Made by a program: the position numbers and the translations under genes. From a bacterium (GTDB taxonomy: Bacteria; Patescibacteriota; Minisyncoccia; Phycocordibacterales; UBA2100), in the NCBI GenBank assembly GCA_038128225.1, contig JAYPJF010000002.1, positions 191,751-255,750 on the forward strand: a DNA stretch of 64,000 nucleotides. The letters are read 5' to 3'. The notes under the pieces are model-generated. The model was not told the origin of the DNA, ran no database searches, and was given only the letters and a program-made list of their open reading frames with translations. Shown piece by piece: positions 1 through 8,701 of this stretch (the stretch's first letter is position 1; every line of letters starts with the position of its first letter).

Positions 1-264
1 ACTGAACTTAGGAAGGCGAAAGAGTACACAAAAGGGACGTTGGCTCTTTCGCTTGAGACATCAGACGCCCTTGCTGCGCATATTGCGTTTGATGCTGTCG
101 TTCGAGATCATCTTGAACCACTTGAAGCAACATACGCGCATATAGAACGCGTTACTCCAGCCGACATTCAGCGCGTCGCAAAAGATATTTTCAAGCCTGA
201 GCACGTTCACCTCGCACTTGTGGGGCCGCACGCACCGCAGTCTTTTGAGACTCTCATCTCGTAG
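1..264 (+). CDS. C-terminal fragment of a probable M16-family (insulinase-like) zinc peptidase; the 5' end lies outside the window
   Basis: Open frame runs from base 1 with no stop. The tail ...TPADIQRVAKDIF...LALVGP resembles the conserved C-terminal end of M16 peptidases. Confidence 0.4.
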   Translation, partial: TELRKAKEYTKGTLALSLETSDALAAHIAFDAVVRDHLEPLEATYAHIERVTPADIQRVAKDIFKPEHVHLALVGPHAPQSFETLIS

Positions 265-883
265 AAGTTAATGGACGTGCAACCGCTACTTCATCTTCAA
301 GTGACTGAAGAAGCTGTTCGTACGGTTCCCATGCGCGCATAAGTACTTCCCGCGCAGGATGCCCTTCAAGTTTCTTACGTAAAACACTCACGAGCGCTGC
401 GTACGCTAAGAACCGTGATTTTTGGGCGCCGGTGAAATAGGCGCGAAACTGCTCGTGATCGGCACCGAACTGACTTGTTATGGTCGTGAAGTTGTGTATT
501 TTGTCCCCAGAGGCTATGAGTGTTGTTTCTAAACTTCCCGCTTCAAGTTGCTGCAGATACGCCCGCCATCCATCAGGTGATTTTGGCACCGTAACCGCAC
601 TCACCAGCTTTGCGATTCGCTCGCCGAAATCACGCGCAAGTTCCTCTCGCGTGTATGGTGTGTCTTCAAGTACATCATGGAGAAGGGCCGCAGCGACAAC
701 CTCTTCGTCATCGGAAAAACGCGCAACAAAGCTTGCCGCGATTACGGGATGCACAATATACGGGATGGCACTTGCCCCTTTGCGGACCTGGCCAGCATGA
801 AGCTCGGTTGCTTTTTCAAGCGCCCGTTGTGTCAGTGGTGTCATCGGCATACGGTCAAAAAAGTGTTTTGTTCTTGCTTGCAA
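254..883 (-). CDS. HD-domain protein, RelA/SpoT-type (p)ppGpp hydrolase-like (small alarmone hydrolase)
   Basis: LLHDVLEDT motif typical of the SpoT/RelA HD hydrolase domain. About 209 aa with no synthetase domain. Confidence 0.6.
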   Translation of the reverse strand: MQARTKHFFDRMPMTPLTQRALEKATELHAGQVRKGASAIPYIVHPVIAASFVARFSDDEEVVAAALLHDVLEDTPYTREELARDFGERIAKLVSAVTVPKSPDGWRAYLQQLEAGSLETTLIASGDKIHNFTTITSQFGADHEQFRAYFTGAQKSRFLAYAALVSVLRKKLEGHPAREVLMRAWEPYEQLLQSLEDEVAVARPLTSTR

Positions 884-1688
884 CTGGCGTCACTCGCTCC
901 ATAACTGCCTCAACTGCCCCACGATACCGACAATAGTCACAATCATCAGCCGATTTAGGCAAAGGCCCTTCGAAACACGCACGAATGTCGTGGAGTGTCC
1001 CATCAACCCATGATGCATCCCCCGTGTGCGCGACAAGCGTTACTTCAAACTCGAGCTTTCCATCAAACGCGCGGCGATCCTTACTCGCATTCGCATATAC
1101 AAAATATCCTGTGTTTGAGACAGCAAATCCTGACTGTCGCAGAAGCCATTGATACACTTCCATTTGTCGCTTATAACCATCGTGCCAGTCCTTATCGAGC
1201 GCCTCGATTCTCTCATCCTTACTTGTTGATTTATAGTCAACCACAATGAGCTCCCCTTGGGGGTTTACCCAAATGTCATCAACTGCACCAGAAACACAAA
1301 AGCCAGTCGCGGCATGCTGGTGTTCAATCCCTTTGAAATTTTCTCGCCACACATCCATGCTCGGGTGTTCAAACGGCACTGCATCGACGCCGTACTGCTC
1401 CATGAGCGGGTGGTGTGATTTCGCTCTCCGGTGTATATCAAATTCCTTCTTTAGAAGCGCATCAACCGCGCTGTTGAGATTAAAAGGAAACCCCGGCGGC
1501 CGCGCAACCCCGAGTTTGTTATCGACATAAAAACAGCGCGCGCATTCAATGTACAAATCAATTTTTGAGCGGGACAGGCGAAAACGCTTGCCGCCATAAT
1601 TCCAATCAGGATTTCGATGCGGTTTGTAATATTGACTCACCGCACGAGTATACCATTTATCGAAGCGGCACGTCTCGTTCCTCTGCAT
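855..1688 (-). CDS. PD-(D/E)xK nuclease with C-terminal Cys cluster (Cas4/RecB-like Fe-S nuclease family)
   Basis: IVVDYKS core (D..hDYK) and C-terminal C-x11-C-x2-C plus N-terminal Cys. Start placed at the internal Met MQRNET to limit overlap with the MgtC gene; the longest ORF reaches 1754. Confidence 0.5.
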   Translation of the reverse strand: MQRNETCRFDKWYTRAVSQYYKPHRNPDWNYGGKRFRLSRSKIDLYIECARCFYVDNKLGVARPPGFPFNLNSAVDALLKKEFDIHRRAKSHHPLMEQYGVDAVPFEHPSMDVWRENFKGIEHQHAATGFCVSGAVDDIWVNPQGELIVVDYKSTSKDERIEALDKDWHDGYKRQMEVYQWLLRQSGFAVSNTGYFVYANASKDRRAFDGKLEFEVTLVAHTGDASWVDGTLHDIRACFEGPLPKSADDCDYCRYRGAVEAVMERVTPVASKNKTLF

Positions 1689-2196
1689 CCGGAACACTAT
1701 CGTGATCAAGGTCTGGAGTTTCGGTAATGCGCACTGTCTGATGTTTGTCCGCAAACGCGCGCACTTTCTCTTCTAGAAACCACATAACGGTAAAGACGAG
1801 AAGAGTGAGTATGGTCACCGCAACAGCGAGTGTATACAATCCAAAACCTACCGCCATGCCAACACCGGCGGCAACCCACAACCCTGCGGCAGTGGTGAGG
1901 CCCTGGAGCGCCTGTTCACGAACGAATATTACTCCTGCACCAATAAACCCAATACCTTGAATAATCGCCGCACTGATGCGCATTGGATCAAAATTAACGA
2001 GACCAAGATATAGAGCGGTCACTGACAGTGACATGACAACAAAAAGACACGCACCCATCGCAACAAGCGCATACGTCCGCGAGCCCGCATCTTTGCGCGC
2101 CGATACACGTTCAATACCGATACTCATGCCCAAAAGCGCCGCGAGCACGAGTTTTGCAACCATTACCACTGTTGGATGTGCAAAAAGTACTTCCAT
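1657..2196 (-). CDS. MgtC/SapB family membrane protein
   Basis: Multi-pass hydrophobic N-terminal domain with MgtC-like GIERVSARK.AG.RTYALVA signature. Confidence 0.6.
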   Translation of the reverse strand: MEVLFAHPTVVMVAKLVLAALLGMSIGIERVSARKDAGSRTYALVAMGACLFVVMSLSVTALYLGLVNFDPMRISAAIIQGIGFIGAGVIFVREQALQGLTTAAGLWVAAGVGMAVGFGLYTLAVAVTILTLLVFTVMWFLEEKVRAFADKHQTVRITETPDLDHDSVPDAEERDVPLR

Positions 2197-2198
2197 AG

Positions 2199-2666
2199 TT
2201 ACTGTGTTGTAAACATGGCGATCAACGGGTCGCCTTCTGCTGCGAGAATTGGCAAATCAGTACGCAATTCAAACTCTCGATCACCATCGTCTTCATAAAG
2301 AATCACTGCATACGGTGATGTTGTGGCCGTGTTCCGGAGTAATTCAACTGAGACCAACGAATGTACACCCGCGTCTCTACGCGCAGCGCCAAGCGCGTTT
2401 CCAATATGACTACCGATCATTTCATGTACCACCACCCACCCTGCGCGCGGCAGTCCAACGGCCTCAATAAGAACGGAAGGTCCTGCGGCCTGATCACGTA
2501 CTCGAATGAGTGGCGTTGTGCTTGCATACTGCTGCGCATAGACAGCCGCACCCGATTCATCAGGAGCTGGTGCACTATGCCCTGGTTGCAACCATGTTGC
2601 ATACAGGAGCCATACAATGGTCGCAATAAGTATGATCGCGGTGATCGGCAGGACAAACTTGTTCAC
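2199..2666 (-). CDS. Hypothetical membrane-anchored protein (N-terminal TM helix, soluble C-terminal domain)
   Basis: ORF with hydrophobic anchor VLPITAIILIATIVWLL. GTG start chosen at 2666; the longer in-frame extension would overlap the upstream gene. Confidence 0.3.
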   Translation of the reverse strand: MNKFVLPITAIILIATIVWLLYATWLQPGHSAPAPDESGAAVYAQQYASTTPLIRVRDQAAGPSVLIEAVGLPRAGWVVVHEMIGSHIGNALGAARRDAGVHSLVSVELLRNTATTSPYAVILYEDDGDREFELRTDLPILAAEGDPLIAMFTTQ

Positions 2667-2697
2667 CCCACTATGATGAAGGCTCGAAACGTCACTG

Positions 2698-3558
2698 TCA
2701 AACCGCCTGCTGCAAAACTGGTTGGCGCACGTACGTTGGCTCGCAGAGCGTGCGGGCTTCAGCGAGCACTGCATCAACCGAGCCAGGGCGCACCCCTGCA
2801 GACTCAAGGATTTCAGGTCTTTGTGTAAGCGCACTGCACAATACAATCTTTTGAGCTAAAAGCGCCTGCTTTTCTTTTGATGAAAGACTTACAAGGCACG
2901 TAAGTGGATGAACGCCTGAGCGCTCGATCATATCCTCAATGCCATGTTCGTGTGGGTAATCCCAGCCAATCATCGTAAGTCCTGAGCATCTTCCATACCG
3001 TGTCGCGTTTTTCGTGAGACGCGTGTTGGTGACCAACCATCCTTCGGTGACTCGATCTTTCGGGTTTGGCGCGTTTTTAAGATCTTCAAAACGCGCATAG
3101 ACATACAACGCGTCTTTCAGATCTGTCTTCACTCCTAAGTTGTTATGGAATTTGAGTTCGATGCCCGCGCGGACCCCGTCGCGTTCCGCAAGAATATCGA
3201 CTTCATGCGGAGCGCACTTTCCGTACAACTGCACATCAGTGTGGGTTTGCCACCCTTCAGTGCGCAAAAGCGCAGCAACAAATTGTTCGAAAGGAAACCC
3301 GGATGGGCCAAGATCAAAAACGGCACGTTTGAGTGAATAACGAGCCGCAACATGTGGCGCTTCCCATTTTTTCAAAAGTGCAAAGGCGTGCGCATAAATC
3401 TTTTCGGTTTCGATGCCGTCATACAATTCTTTACGCACGTGCTCAATAACACGATCCTGGATATGTTCAGTAACTCCTGTACGCGTGAGCGAGCTACGCA
3501 ACTTTTCGATCTCGAACAACTCCTGTTCGCCGTCAGCCTTCGTAACGCGCAACTCCAT
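2698..3558 (-). CDS. ATP-cone domain fused to a restriction-endonuclease-like (Mrr_cat / PD-(D/E)xK) domain
   Basis: N-terminus MELRVTKADGEQELFEIEKL is ATP-cone-like. Central EVDILAERDG...IELK fits a D-(D/E)xK nuclease core. Confidence 0.5.
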   Translation of the reverse strand: MELRVTKADGEQELFEIEKLRSSLTRTGVTEHIQDRVIEHVRKELYDGIETEKIYAHAFALLKKWEAPHVAARYSLKRAVFDLGPSGFPFEQFVAALLRTEGWQTHTDVQLYGKCAPHEVDILAERDGVRAGIELKFHNNLGVKTDLKDALYVYARFEDLKNAPNPKDRVTEGWLVTNTRLTKNATRYGRCSGLTMIGWDYPHEHGIEDMIERSGVHPLTCLVSLSSKEKQALLAQKIVLCSALTQRPEILESAGVRPGSVDAVLAEARTLCEPTYVRQPVLQQAV

Positions 3559-3560
3559 GT

Positions 3561-3944
3561 TTAAAGTGCCTGGGCGATACGGATCGGTATCCAGTTGTTG
3601 TTTGCAATTGCCCGAAATTCGAGAGCAGACGATCCAAAAACCTGCACCTGGAATGCGCGCGGCGTGGGCTCATGCTTACAATCTCGATACGGCTGTTCCC
3701 AGGTCTCAAAAACGAGCGCGGTCATACTTCCGTTTATATCTTGTGCGCGCACAAAAAGGTCGTGACATTCTGAAGGCACGGTATACATGCCGCTAATTGA
3801 ATGCACGCCGTTTGCGTAGCGATCATGAACACTAAGCGAGTAGTTTGATGCCTGCGCGTCTGCGGTTAGATACGACGCAAAGAAAAGATGCGCTCCGAGC
3901 GCAAGACACGCACCGAGGCATATAAACCACAACAAGCGTCCCAT
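3561..3944 (-). CDS. Hypothetical secreted protein (signal peptide)
   Basis: N-terminal signal-like MGRLLWFICLGACLALGAHL. No recognisable domain. Confidence 0.35.
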   Translation of the reverse strand: MGRLLWFICLGACLALGAHLFFASYLTADAQASNYSLSVHDRYANGVHSISGMYTVPSECHDLFVRAQDINGSMTALVFETWEQPYRDCKHEPTPRAFQVQVFGSSALEFRAIANNNWIPIRIAQAL

Positions 3945-3982
3945 AGACGCATTGTATCGCGCCCGATGTGCGGTGCACGATC

Positions 3983-5032
3983 TTATTCACACGCTGAAAC
4001 CACGCCGCCGCCAAGACACGCGTCTTGGTGGTACACAACAATCGACTGCCCTTCTGCCACAATCTGGGAATTACTGAATGTAACGCGCGCATGCGCGCCA
4101 CGCACATGCACCTCACACGTCTGCGGAACTTGATGGTAGCGCACTTCCGCAGTGTATGTTCCCTCCGGGACGTGGTGGATCCAGTTACACTGAGAGAGTG
4201 TGAAAACTTTATGTGAGGCACGAAGTGGCTCTGCGGCTACAGTAATCGTGTTGGCTTTGGGTTCAATGCGAACTACATACTGCGGCGTTTGTGCGTGCTC
4301 TTTGTGGGTGATTGTAAAACCGTGACGTTGCCCAACCGTATAGCGTATCGCGCCTGCGTGGACGCCAATTACATGCCCGCTCTCAGATAACACAGAACCC
4401 GGCTTCTGTGGGACGTAGCGTGCCAAAAAGTCCCCTATTGAAACGTCGCCAACAAAACAGAGCCCTTGACTATCAGGGCGCGCCGCCGTCGGCAACCGGC
4501 ACTCACGCGCGAGCGCACGCACTTCATTTTTTGTTTTATCCCCAACAGGAAATAATACGTGCGCAAGATCGTCCTGTGTCAGTGTCCACAAAAAATAACT
4601 TTGGTCTTTTGTTCTGTCTTTTCCACGAATAAGTGCGTATGCGCCATTTTCGGAATGTGTTTGCGCATAGTGCCCTGTCGCAACATAGTCGGCGCCTTCT
4701 TTGTGCGCCCAAGCACGAAAAAAGCCAAACTTGATGTGTCGATTACACAACACATCGGGATTTGGCGTGCGCCCTGCTTGGTACTCTGCAATCATCGAAT
4801 TAATGACGGCATCCTTGTACTCAGATGAAAAATCAACTTCTCGGAATGGGATCTGCAGCGCCGCGGCGACTCGTTTCGCATCAAGGCGATCCTGCTCCCA
4901 GGTGCACTCCAAAAATTCTGGCTGCCAGATTTTAATGAAAGCCCCAGTTACGACATGCCCCGCCTTTTTCAGTAGCGCAGCGGAGACTGAACTGTCCACG
5001 CCGCCTGAAAGACCAACGAATACGTGTGCCAT
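3983..5032 (-). CDS. mnmA: tRNA-specific 2-thiouridylase MnmA
   Basis: PP-loop SGGVDSS at the N-terminus. Full-length collinear MnmA-like sequence with conserved Cys pair. Confidence 0.9.
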   Translation of the reverse strand: MAHVFVGLSGGVDSSVSAALLKKAGHVVTGAFIKIWQPEFLECTWEQDRLDAKRVAAALQIPFREVDFSSEYKDAVINSMIAEYQAGRTPNPDVLCNRHIKFGFFRAWAHKEGADYVATGHYAQTHSENGAYALIRGKDRTKDQSYFLWTLTQDDLAHVLFPVGDKTKNEVRALARECRLPTAARPDSQGLCFVGDVSIGDFLARYVPQKPGSVLSESGHVIGVHAGAIRYTVGQRHGFTITHKEHAQTPQYVVRIEPKANTITVAAEPLRASHKVFTLSQCNWIHHVPEGTYTAEVRYHQVPQTCEVHVRGAHARVTFSNSQIVAEGQSIVVYHQDACLGGGVVSACE

Positions 5033-5094
5033 ACCTCAAATAAACACGTCTTCCGCACAAAACACAAGCATACGTAGCTCGCGAGCCTGGATTT

Positions 5095-6126
5095 CTATGT
5101 CCCTAAATACTGTCTTTTCTTCCGCAAATGTTCTTCGTACGTCTTACTGTAGTGTGTCACGTGAGAATAATCCGCGAGATAAAACAAAAAGTCATGTTTG
5201 ATCGGTGTTGCTGCGGCACGAAGCGCACTTAAGCTCGGGCTTGCAATCGCGCCTGGCGGTAATCCTTTGTATCGGTATGTATTGTATGGCGAATCAATTT
5301 GCAAATCCCGCAGCGTGAGTGTAAACGTACTTTTGCCATTAATGTACAAAAAAGCCGCGTCAACCTGAAGGGGCATGTTGATCGCAACGCGATTCCACAA
5401 CACGCCCGCAATCATGCGCCGATCGTAAAAAGTATGTGCTTCTTTTTCAAGTAGCGATGCCATGACTACTATGTCGTTGAGCGTGCGCCCCGACGCTTGT
5501 ATTTCCTTATCGAGTTCGACAATACGCGCGTCGAAATTGTTGCGCAATGCCTTAAGCACGCTTTCCGCAGTTGCATTTGGCAAGAAAAAGTACGTATCAG
5601 GAAATAAGTACCCCTCGTACGGCTGCGCCAGCGCAACGAATTCGCTTGGGTTAAATCGTGGAAATCGCTCATCAAAAAGCTCGGCAATGCCCTGCGCGGT
5701 TGTTCCCTCGCTAACCCGTACACGCACCGGCTCAAGTCCGTATGCACCCATGATCAATGCGCGCGTCACTGCAAAGACCGTAACTCGATTGGGAAACTGA
5801 TAGTCGCCTGCGTGAACCCGTCGTTCTCCACCGAGAACACGAACGATGACCTGCAACGCCAGCGCTGATCGAACAACATGCCGTGTTTCGAGTTCCTGCG
5901 AAATTTCTTTGAGCGACATGTCCGTTGGCACCGTAACGATTTCTTTAACAGGGAAATCTGCAGGTGCTTGGATATAGAGTACATATGCAACGCTTGCCGG
6001 AATAAGCAGACCCACGATTGTAATTAACGTCCGCTTACTTGCGTGCTTGTTCCATGCTTTAAAAAAGCGATGACGAAACCCTTCAAAGCGCCACCAGGCA
6101 CGTGCTGCATCTTTTTGCAAATCCAT
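5095..6126 (-). CDS. mltG: Endolytic murein transglycosylase MltG (YceG family)
   Basis: YceG-like motifs (LLEKE, PYNTY..GLPPGAI.SP) and N-terminal TM helix. Start at MDLQ abuts the upstream gene. Confidence 0.8.
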   Translation of the reverse strand: MDLQKDAARAWWRFEGFRHRFFKAWNKHASKRTLITIVGLLIPASVAYVLYIQAPADFPVKEIVTVPTDMSLKEISQELETRHVVRSALALQVIVRVLGGERRVHAGDYQFPNRVTVFAVTRALIMGAYGLEPVRVRVSEGTTAQGIAELFDERFPRFNPSEFVALAQPYEGYLFPDTYFFLPNATAESVLKALRNNFDARIVELDKEIQASGRTLNDIVVMASLLEKEAHTFYDRRMIAGVLWNRVAINMPLQVDAAFLYINGKSTFTLTLRDLQIDSPYNTYRYKGLPPGAIASPSLSALRAAATPIKHDFLFYLADYSHVTHYSKTYEEHLRKKRQYLGT

Positions 6127-6130
6127 AATA

Positions 6131-7462
6131 CTACACGGGTAAATTAGGCGGTGCCTCTGATTTTGTTGCAGGAATCCGCTCAAGCCCCGGTGCTCGTATC
6201 GCACGACTCGGGAAATGGAAAATCGTTGCTAATTCCTCGGTCGTCATAACAAAATGCTGTTTCTTGTGAGGTGGATGGAACCATGAACGCCGGCGATACG
6301 CATCAAAAAGTTTTTTGCGTGCCTTATCTTCTGCGCCTCCAAGTTTCTGCCAGGGAAAATTAAAAACTGTCATGCCGCCAGTCGGCACTAATGAATTGAG
6401 ATGCGCTGAACTAAACTGCTTAAAAATGCCAGTCATGCCCACAAAACTCGGCGCACGAAACGCATCTTTTTCCGCAATATAGATCGCACGTATACCAGTA
6501 TCAAACGCCTGCTTGTCGAGACTCCGCCCAATTGCTTTGATTCGTTCGATGTCAGAGGGGGTTGGATTAGGAAATCCTCTCGCTTTCTTGCCCTCTCCGA
6601 CATCATACTCAATCACGCTCGCGTCGCGAATTTTTTGTATCTCTTGTTTCGCTTCAGTCTTCCACCGATCTTCTTTCTCAAACCACGAGACCTTCTTTGT
6701 TTTCGGGTCAACTTTTGGAATCAAATCTTTATTGGTACGAATAAGCACCTGAATCCAAATGCGCTCACCGGGCTTGAGGGTGCTTAGATGCTCGAACAAA
6801 TGCGCGAGTGGATCCACTTTAAATTCTTCCTTAGGATCTTTATCAAGCTCATAGTCGATGTATGTTTTGATTGGGTAGACATCTTTTTGTCCAAGCTTAA
6901 AATCACACCCCCACAAATTGTACTGAGTCGTATTGTATGGAAACTGTTTTGCGTAATCGGGAACGACGAATATTTCTACCTCAGGATACTGCGCATAAAT
7001 TTGCGCCTCGACGATGTCTTTAAGAAATTTGCGTGTCCACACATAAAAATGAATACGCCCTCCTTCTGAAACTATTTCAAACGAATACCAGGGGCGAACT
7101 TTCCCATAAATAAAAAGGTCGATAAACGTGCCTTCGCCCATACCAATGTGAAGCCCAGCAAAGGCAAGCTCCATTGCCCGCGGTGACTTTTCAATGTCGC
7201 GCGGCACTTTGACCTCAAGCAAAATCATTTCCTGTGATGCGATAAAACGTGCCCGCAAAGACCACAAACGGAGATGCCATAAAATAATCGCCAGCAATAG
7301 AGGGAGCCAAGCGGGCGCAGAAACAAACAAAAAACTCAAAATGCCAAGCGCAAGCTCTGGAAATGTAAGTGCGAGACCCAAAAGTCCTCCCAAAAAAAGT
7401 ATGGCGATACTATGTAAACCCTTGATACCAAAACCTTCAAGTGTTTTTATCAGTGACTCCAC
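6131..7462 (-). CDS. Hypothetical multi-pass membrane protein with a large soluble domain
   Basis: 443-aa ORF with an N-terminal cluster of TM helices. No confidently recognised domain. Confidence 0.4.
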   Translation of the reverse strand: MESLIKTLEGFGIKGLHSIAILFLGGLLGLALTFPELALGILSFLFVSAPAWLPLLLAIILWHLRLWSLRARFIASQEMILLEVKVPRDIEKSPRAMELAFAGLHIGMGEGTFIDLFIYGKVRPWYSFEIVSEGGRIHFYVWTRKFLKDIVEAQIYAQYPEVEIFVVPDYAKQFPYNTTQYNLWGCDFKLGQKDVYPIKTYIDYELDKDPKEEFKVDPLAHLFEHLSTLKPGERIWIQVLIRTNKDLIPKVDPKTKKVSWFEKEDRWKTEAKQEIQKIRDASVIEYDVGEGKKARGFPNPTPSDIERIKAIGRSLDKQAFDTGIRAIYIAEKDAFRAPSFVGMTGIFKQFSSAHLNSLVPTGGMTVFNFPWQKLGGAEDKARKKLFDAYRRRSWFHPPHKKQHFVMTTEELATIFHFPSRAIRAPGLERIPATKSEAPPNLPV

Positions 7463-7522
7463 GCATCTATGATAGCAGAGTTTGTGCGCACAAACGCGTA
7501 GCGCACGTGTATCTGTGAGAAA

Positions 7523-8548
7523 TTACACGAGTTCGTACAAACCGTCGTCATTGCGACGAAACGGACCGTTTTGAAGATTCACCAAAATCGTCGCGTCTTT
7601 AACGTAGCGCTCTCGCTTTACGCGCTCAATCAACTCTTCACGAGAAAGCGCGCGTCCCTCGCGTGCGAGTACCCCGCGAATGACATCGCGAACAACACCC
7701 GGTTGATACCCCCACTCAAGGAGTGCATACAAGCCACGTCCCACAAGTACAAAACGTGGGTCTTTAATGAGCTCGTTGTGACATGTTGCTGGATGTGCTT
7801 TGCGACCAAAGAGTTTTTGAATCGCTGCAGCAACTTCCGTAAAATGCATTGGAGAGCCATGTCGCTTGAGCGCAAGGTACGCGAGATCACGCATACTTTT
7901 CACGCGTACATACGGAGACGATGCCCTGCCCCACTCGCCCAACGGATTGCGTCCAAGGCGTTTGGTGATTTCGAGCCAGCGTTGCAATACTTCAGGAGAT
8001 TGTTTTTTGACAATACCTGCTTTCGTGAGGCACGCGCCAAACTGTTGCATAAAATCTTCTTCGGGAATCAGGTGGTCAGGATCAACCGCCTCGTGCAAAT
8101 CGCGTAATGCCCCCTCGACTCGCGTCGCAAGGTCTTCGTTGACATGCCAGCGGCGCACAAAGTGATCATCTTCGCGCGCGTCCACAAACGGGTGGCCCAC
8201 AGTAAGCAAAAAGATCACATGATTGCGATCTTGGGGGTTTTTTGCGACTTCTTGAACGAGGCGACGCTCTGAGATTACGCCCCCGAGTACTTCTATTTGT
8301 TTTTCGAGCTCCGTAATTTCACGCTCATGCGCCTTATATGCAGCCGAATCACGAATGGCGGAAAGGCCATGATTCTCTATTTGGCGAACACGTTCGCGTG
8401 TAATGCCCAAATCCGAGCCGATTGATTCCAATGTCCGTACGACATTGTCTTTATCGAGTCCAAACCGCGCGACCAAGACCCCCCGCGAACGCTCGGGCAA
8501 ACCTGCCAGCAATTCTTTTGTAACTGAACGAGGTGAAAATGTAAGCAT
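7523..8548 (-). CDS. Sigma-70 region 4 (HTH) domain protein with an uncharacterised C-terminal domain
   Basis: LESIGSDLGITRERVRQIENHGLSAIR is a region 4.2 helix-turn-helix. No region 2 is present. Confidence 0.5.
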   Translation of the reverse strand: MLTFSPRSVTKELLAGLPERSRGVLVARFGLDKDNVVRTLESIGSDLGITRERVRQIENHGLSAIRDSAAYKAHEREITELEKQIEVLGGVISERRLVQEVAKNPQDRNHVIFLLTVGHPFVDAREDDHFVRRWHVNEDLATRVEGALRDLHEAVDPDHLIPEEDFMQQFGACLTKAGIVKKQSPEVLQRWLEITKRLGRNPLGEWGRASSPYVRVKSMRDLAYLALKRHGSPMHFTEVAAAIQKLFGRKAHPATCHNELIKDPRFVLVGRGLYALLEWGYQPGVVRDVIRGVLAREGRALSREELIERVKRERYVKDATILVNLQNGPFRRNDDGLYELV

Positions 8549-8701
8549 ACTTGATAGGTATCGTAATACCGTGGGATAATTTGTAAAGCTTTATCACACA
8601 AAAGTCAAGTGCTACGGGTATGCACGCATTATGCACATTATGTGCATCTATGCACGTTTTAGGTCGACTGGCCAAAATATGACCCGTGATAGAATCAGCA
8701 A

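Noticed and set aside
855-1754. Cas4-like nuclease as evidence of a CRISPR-Cas locus
   Set aside because: No direct-repeat/spacer array and no other cas genes are visible in the 64 kb. It is treated as a solo PD-(D/E)xK nuclease.
8575-8600. DnaA boxes (TTATCACAC / GTGGGATAA) upstream of dnaB, suggesting oriC
   Set aside because: The matches to TTATCCACA are imperfect and isolated. There is no dnaA or dnaN gene in the window and no cluster of boxes.
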